DNA of 64,000 nt. Source: an uncultured Pseudomonadota bacterium (lineage in GTDB: Bacteria > Vulcanimicrobiota > Vulcanimicrobiia > Eremiobacterales > Eremiobacteraceae). The stretch spans positions 256,001-320,000 of the forward strand of contig CAVTNB010000001.1 in assembly GCA_963736005.1 (NCBI GenBank), given 5' to 3'. Each line of letters begins with the position of its first letter. The first letter of the stretch is position 1. The translations under genes were made by a program, and so were the position numbers. This document shows, piece by piece, positions 62,540 through 64,000 of this stretch. The notes below the pieces were generated by a model. That model ran no database searches. It had not been told where the DNA came from and saw nothing but the letters and a program-made list of their open reading frames with translations.

Positions 62540-63121
62540 CCTGCTGCACCGCCTCCCTCGAGCCTTGGTAGTAACTTTCCCGTATGCGTTGTTGACGCGC
62601 CGTATTTATGGCCAATTCCAAGCCCGTCGAATAATTCTTGTAGATGATCTGAAACGCGTAATGATCACGCCGACATCAAGGACCCGTAAATCAAAAAGGA
62701 CACGAAAATTGTTTAGGTACCTAACGTATGCTCTGATCCTGTACTATTCCACTCGATCTCAAGTCCAACGCCGTTTTTGGCGCAGTCTATCAAATGAGTT
62801 CTGTCGTCTCGCTCGATGTCATCAACGCTAAACTTCGTTTTGTACTCTCGCTCAGCCCACCCACGTTTATAAAATGCCTTGTCGATCTTACCAGAGATTT
62901 CCGATTTACCACCACCAGGTGCCATGATCTCACTCTTAAAAAAGCGAAATTCTGTAAGCACGCTCGAGAATGTCATTCCACTCTTCAGGGTGGGCGTTGA
63001 CAAGTATGGGGACTGCGTGGCGCCATTCCCAAATCTCATACATGTCCCTGATAGAAGGTGGTATGAGCTTGGATTGCCGGGTGCTTGCACCCCGCACTAT
63101 TTGCGTGATTGCAGTACTCAC
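62485..63121 (-). pseudogene. BglII/BstYI-like type II restriction endonuclease with at least three frame disruptions
   Basis: Stitched reading: EWRHA...PGGGKS...RGW...THLID...LEIEWN...LNNFRVLFDLRVLDVGVIITR...KYGASTTH...GGGAAGCP. Confidence 0.75.
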
Positions 63122-63270
63122 AGCCTGCTCGAAACTAAGTCTAGGCAGGCTTAGGCAATTTTGGGGTAAAGGGCATCAGCCAGCGGCATCGATGTCGTCA
63201 AGGCAAGAAAGAAGCCCGCTCCAACGGAGGTATCGTCGGATGCAGGGCTGTAGACCACTAGTCTTCTGTC

Positions 63271-64000
63271 CTATTGGGTTGCCCGCTCGAACAACGCGAG
63301 GCGAACGGATTTCGAAGCGGCCTCCCACACGTTGCCATCTTTGCCGATAGCATTGGGTTTGTAGCCGACGTTCGCGCCGTAGGCGTTGATCTCGCGGACG
63401 AGGTCGCCACCGATCTCTTCCCACAGGGTCAGCACCCCATCGAAGCCGCCCTTCCAGCGTGGCTTGCCCTTGCCATTGCCTACGACCATGGACTTGAAAG
63501 CCGCAAAGATCGGCAACGATGCGGCGGCGCTGAGGCGCGTCGGCCCGTCAGCGCCGATGAACGGAAAACTGAACTTTCCGTGCTGTCGCGTCTCCATAAG
63601 GAACAGCGCTCCGCCGTGACCCTGGGTGGTGGCATTGTAGCGGTCTCGGGCTTCCATGCGGATTGTGTCATAAAGGCGCAGCGCGTCTTTGAGCAGCGGT
63701 TCCAGTCGCTCGAAGTCGTCTTGATGTTCATCGTAGTAATCAAGGCACTTCTCTTTTTGAGAGTATGCTGCAACAGGTACTCCGTCAGTACGGCGTGTGT
63801 CCAGGCAGTAAAGCAGCGCGATGATTTCGCGGATATCTACGTCGCCGGGGTCGCCTTCTTTAAAGGCGTACGGCGCTCGAGGTACGGCTCGTTCTTGAGT
63901 GCGGTCTTGATCCACTCGAAAAAGTCGCCCCGTAATTCGATGATGCTTTTCTGTTGGACCTGGATCGTTGTGTTTAGGCCCTCCGACACTTCCGGTACCA
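63271..64000 (-). CDS. AIPR (abortive infection phage resistance)-like protein, 5' truncated, with a frameshift near 63870
   Basis: Upstream frame SEGLNTTIQVQQKSIIEL...FEWIK...EPY joins AFKEGD...PVAAYSQKEKCL...NAIGK; located beside an R-M pair. Confidence 0.65.
   Translation of the reverse strand, partial: GTGSVGGPKHNDPGPTEKHHRITGRLFRVDQDRTQERAVPRAPYAFKEGDPGDVDIREIIALLYCLDTRRTDGVPVAAYSQKEKCLDYYDEHQDDFERLEPLLKDALRLYDTIRMEARDRYNATTQGHGGALFLMETRQHGKFSFPFIGADGPTRLSAAASLPIFAAFKSMVVGNGKGKPRWKGGFDGVLTLWEEIGGDLVREINAYGANVGYKPNAIGKDGNVWEAASKSVRLALFERATQ

Overview
Bacterial chromosome segment, GC-rich by eye. It combines diderm markers (TonB-type receptor, MlaDEF) with Terrabacteria-type genes (PASTA kinase, PbpA, RqcH, PyrR), a mix consistent with Ca. 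Eremiobacterota/Vulcanimicrobiota (inference). Layout: (1) 1-8 kb, outer-membrane receptor, lipoprotein and two paralogous secreted glycoside hydrolases. (2) ~8.1-18.9 kb, an accessory region ending at tRNA-Gln. It holds three small ORFs missing from the ORF track: two paralogous peptides with a conserved YxxPxI-type leader and a variable Cys-containing tail (9295-9396, 11433-11528), and a Cys/His-rich metallothionein-like peptide (10278-10418). These lie among a DUF6065-like gene, a 2OG-Fe(II) dioxygenase and a peptide ABC substrate-binding protein. This is the best candidate for an undescribed RiPP-like or signalling-peptide system. (3) 19-61 kb, housekeeping genes (ECF sigma/anti-sigma, gltA, mdh, PilZ-fused PilB/GspE ATPase, metY, Xer recombinase, mlaDEF, rph, glmS, gmk, rqcH, queA, ruvCAB, pknB, pbpA, pyrRBC-carAB, valS, tig-clpP-clpX, tRNA-Gly, tRNA-Leu). 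Many GTAG-headed REP-like palindromes occur in the core regions, several inside coding sequence or supplying stop codons. (4) 61-64 kb, a defence island (AIPR, BglII/BstYI-like endonuclease, MT-A70 methylase) in which every gene is frameshifted. All family assignments come from motif recognition by eye, not from database searches.
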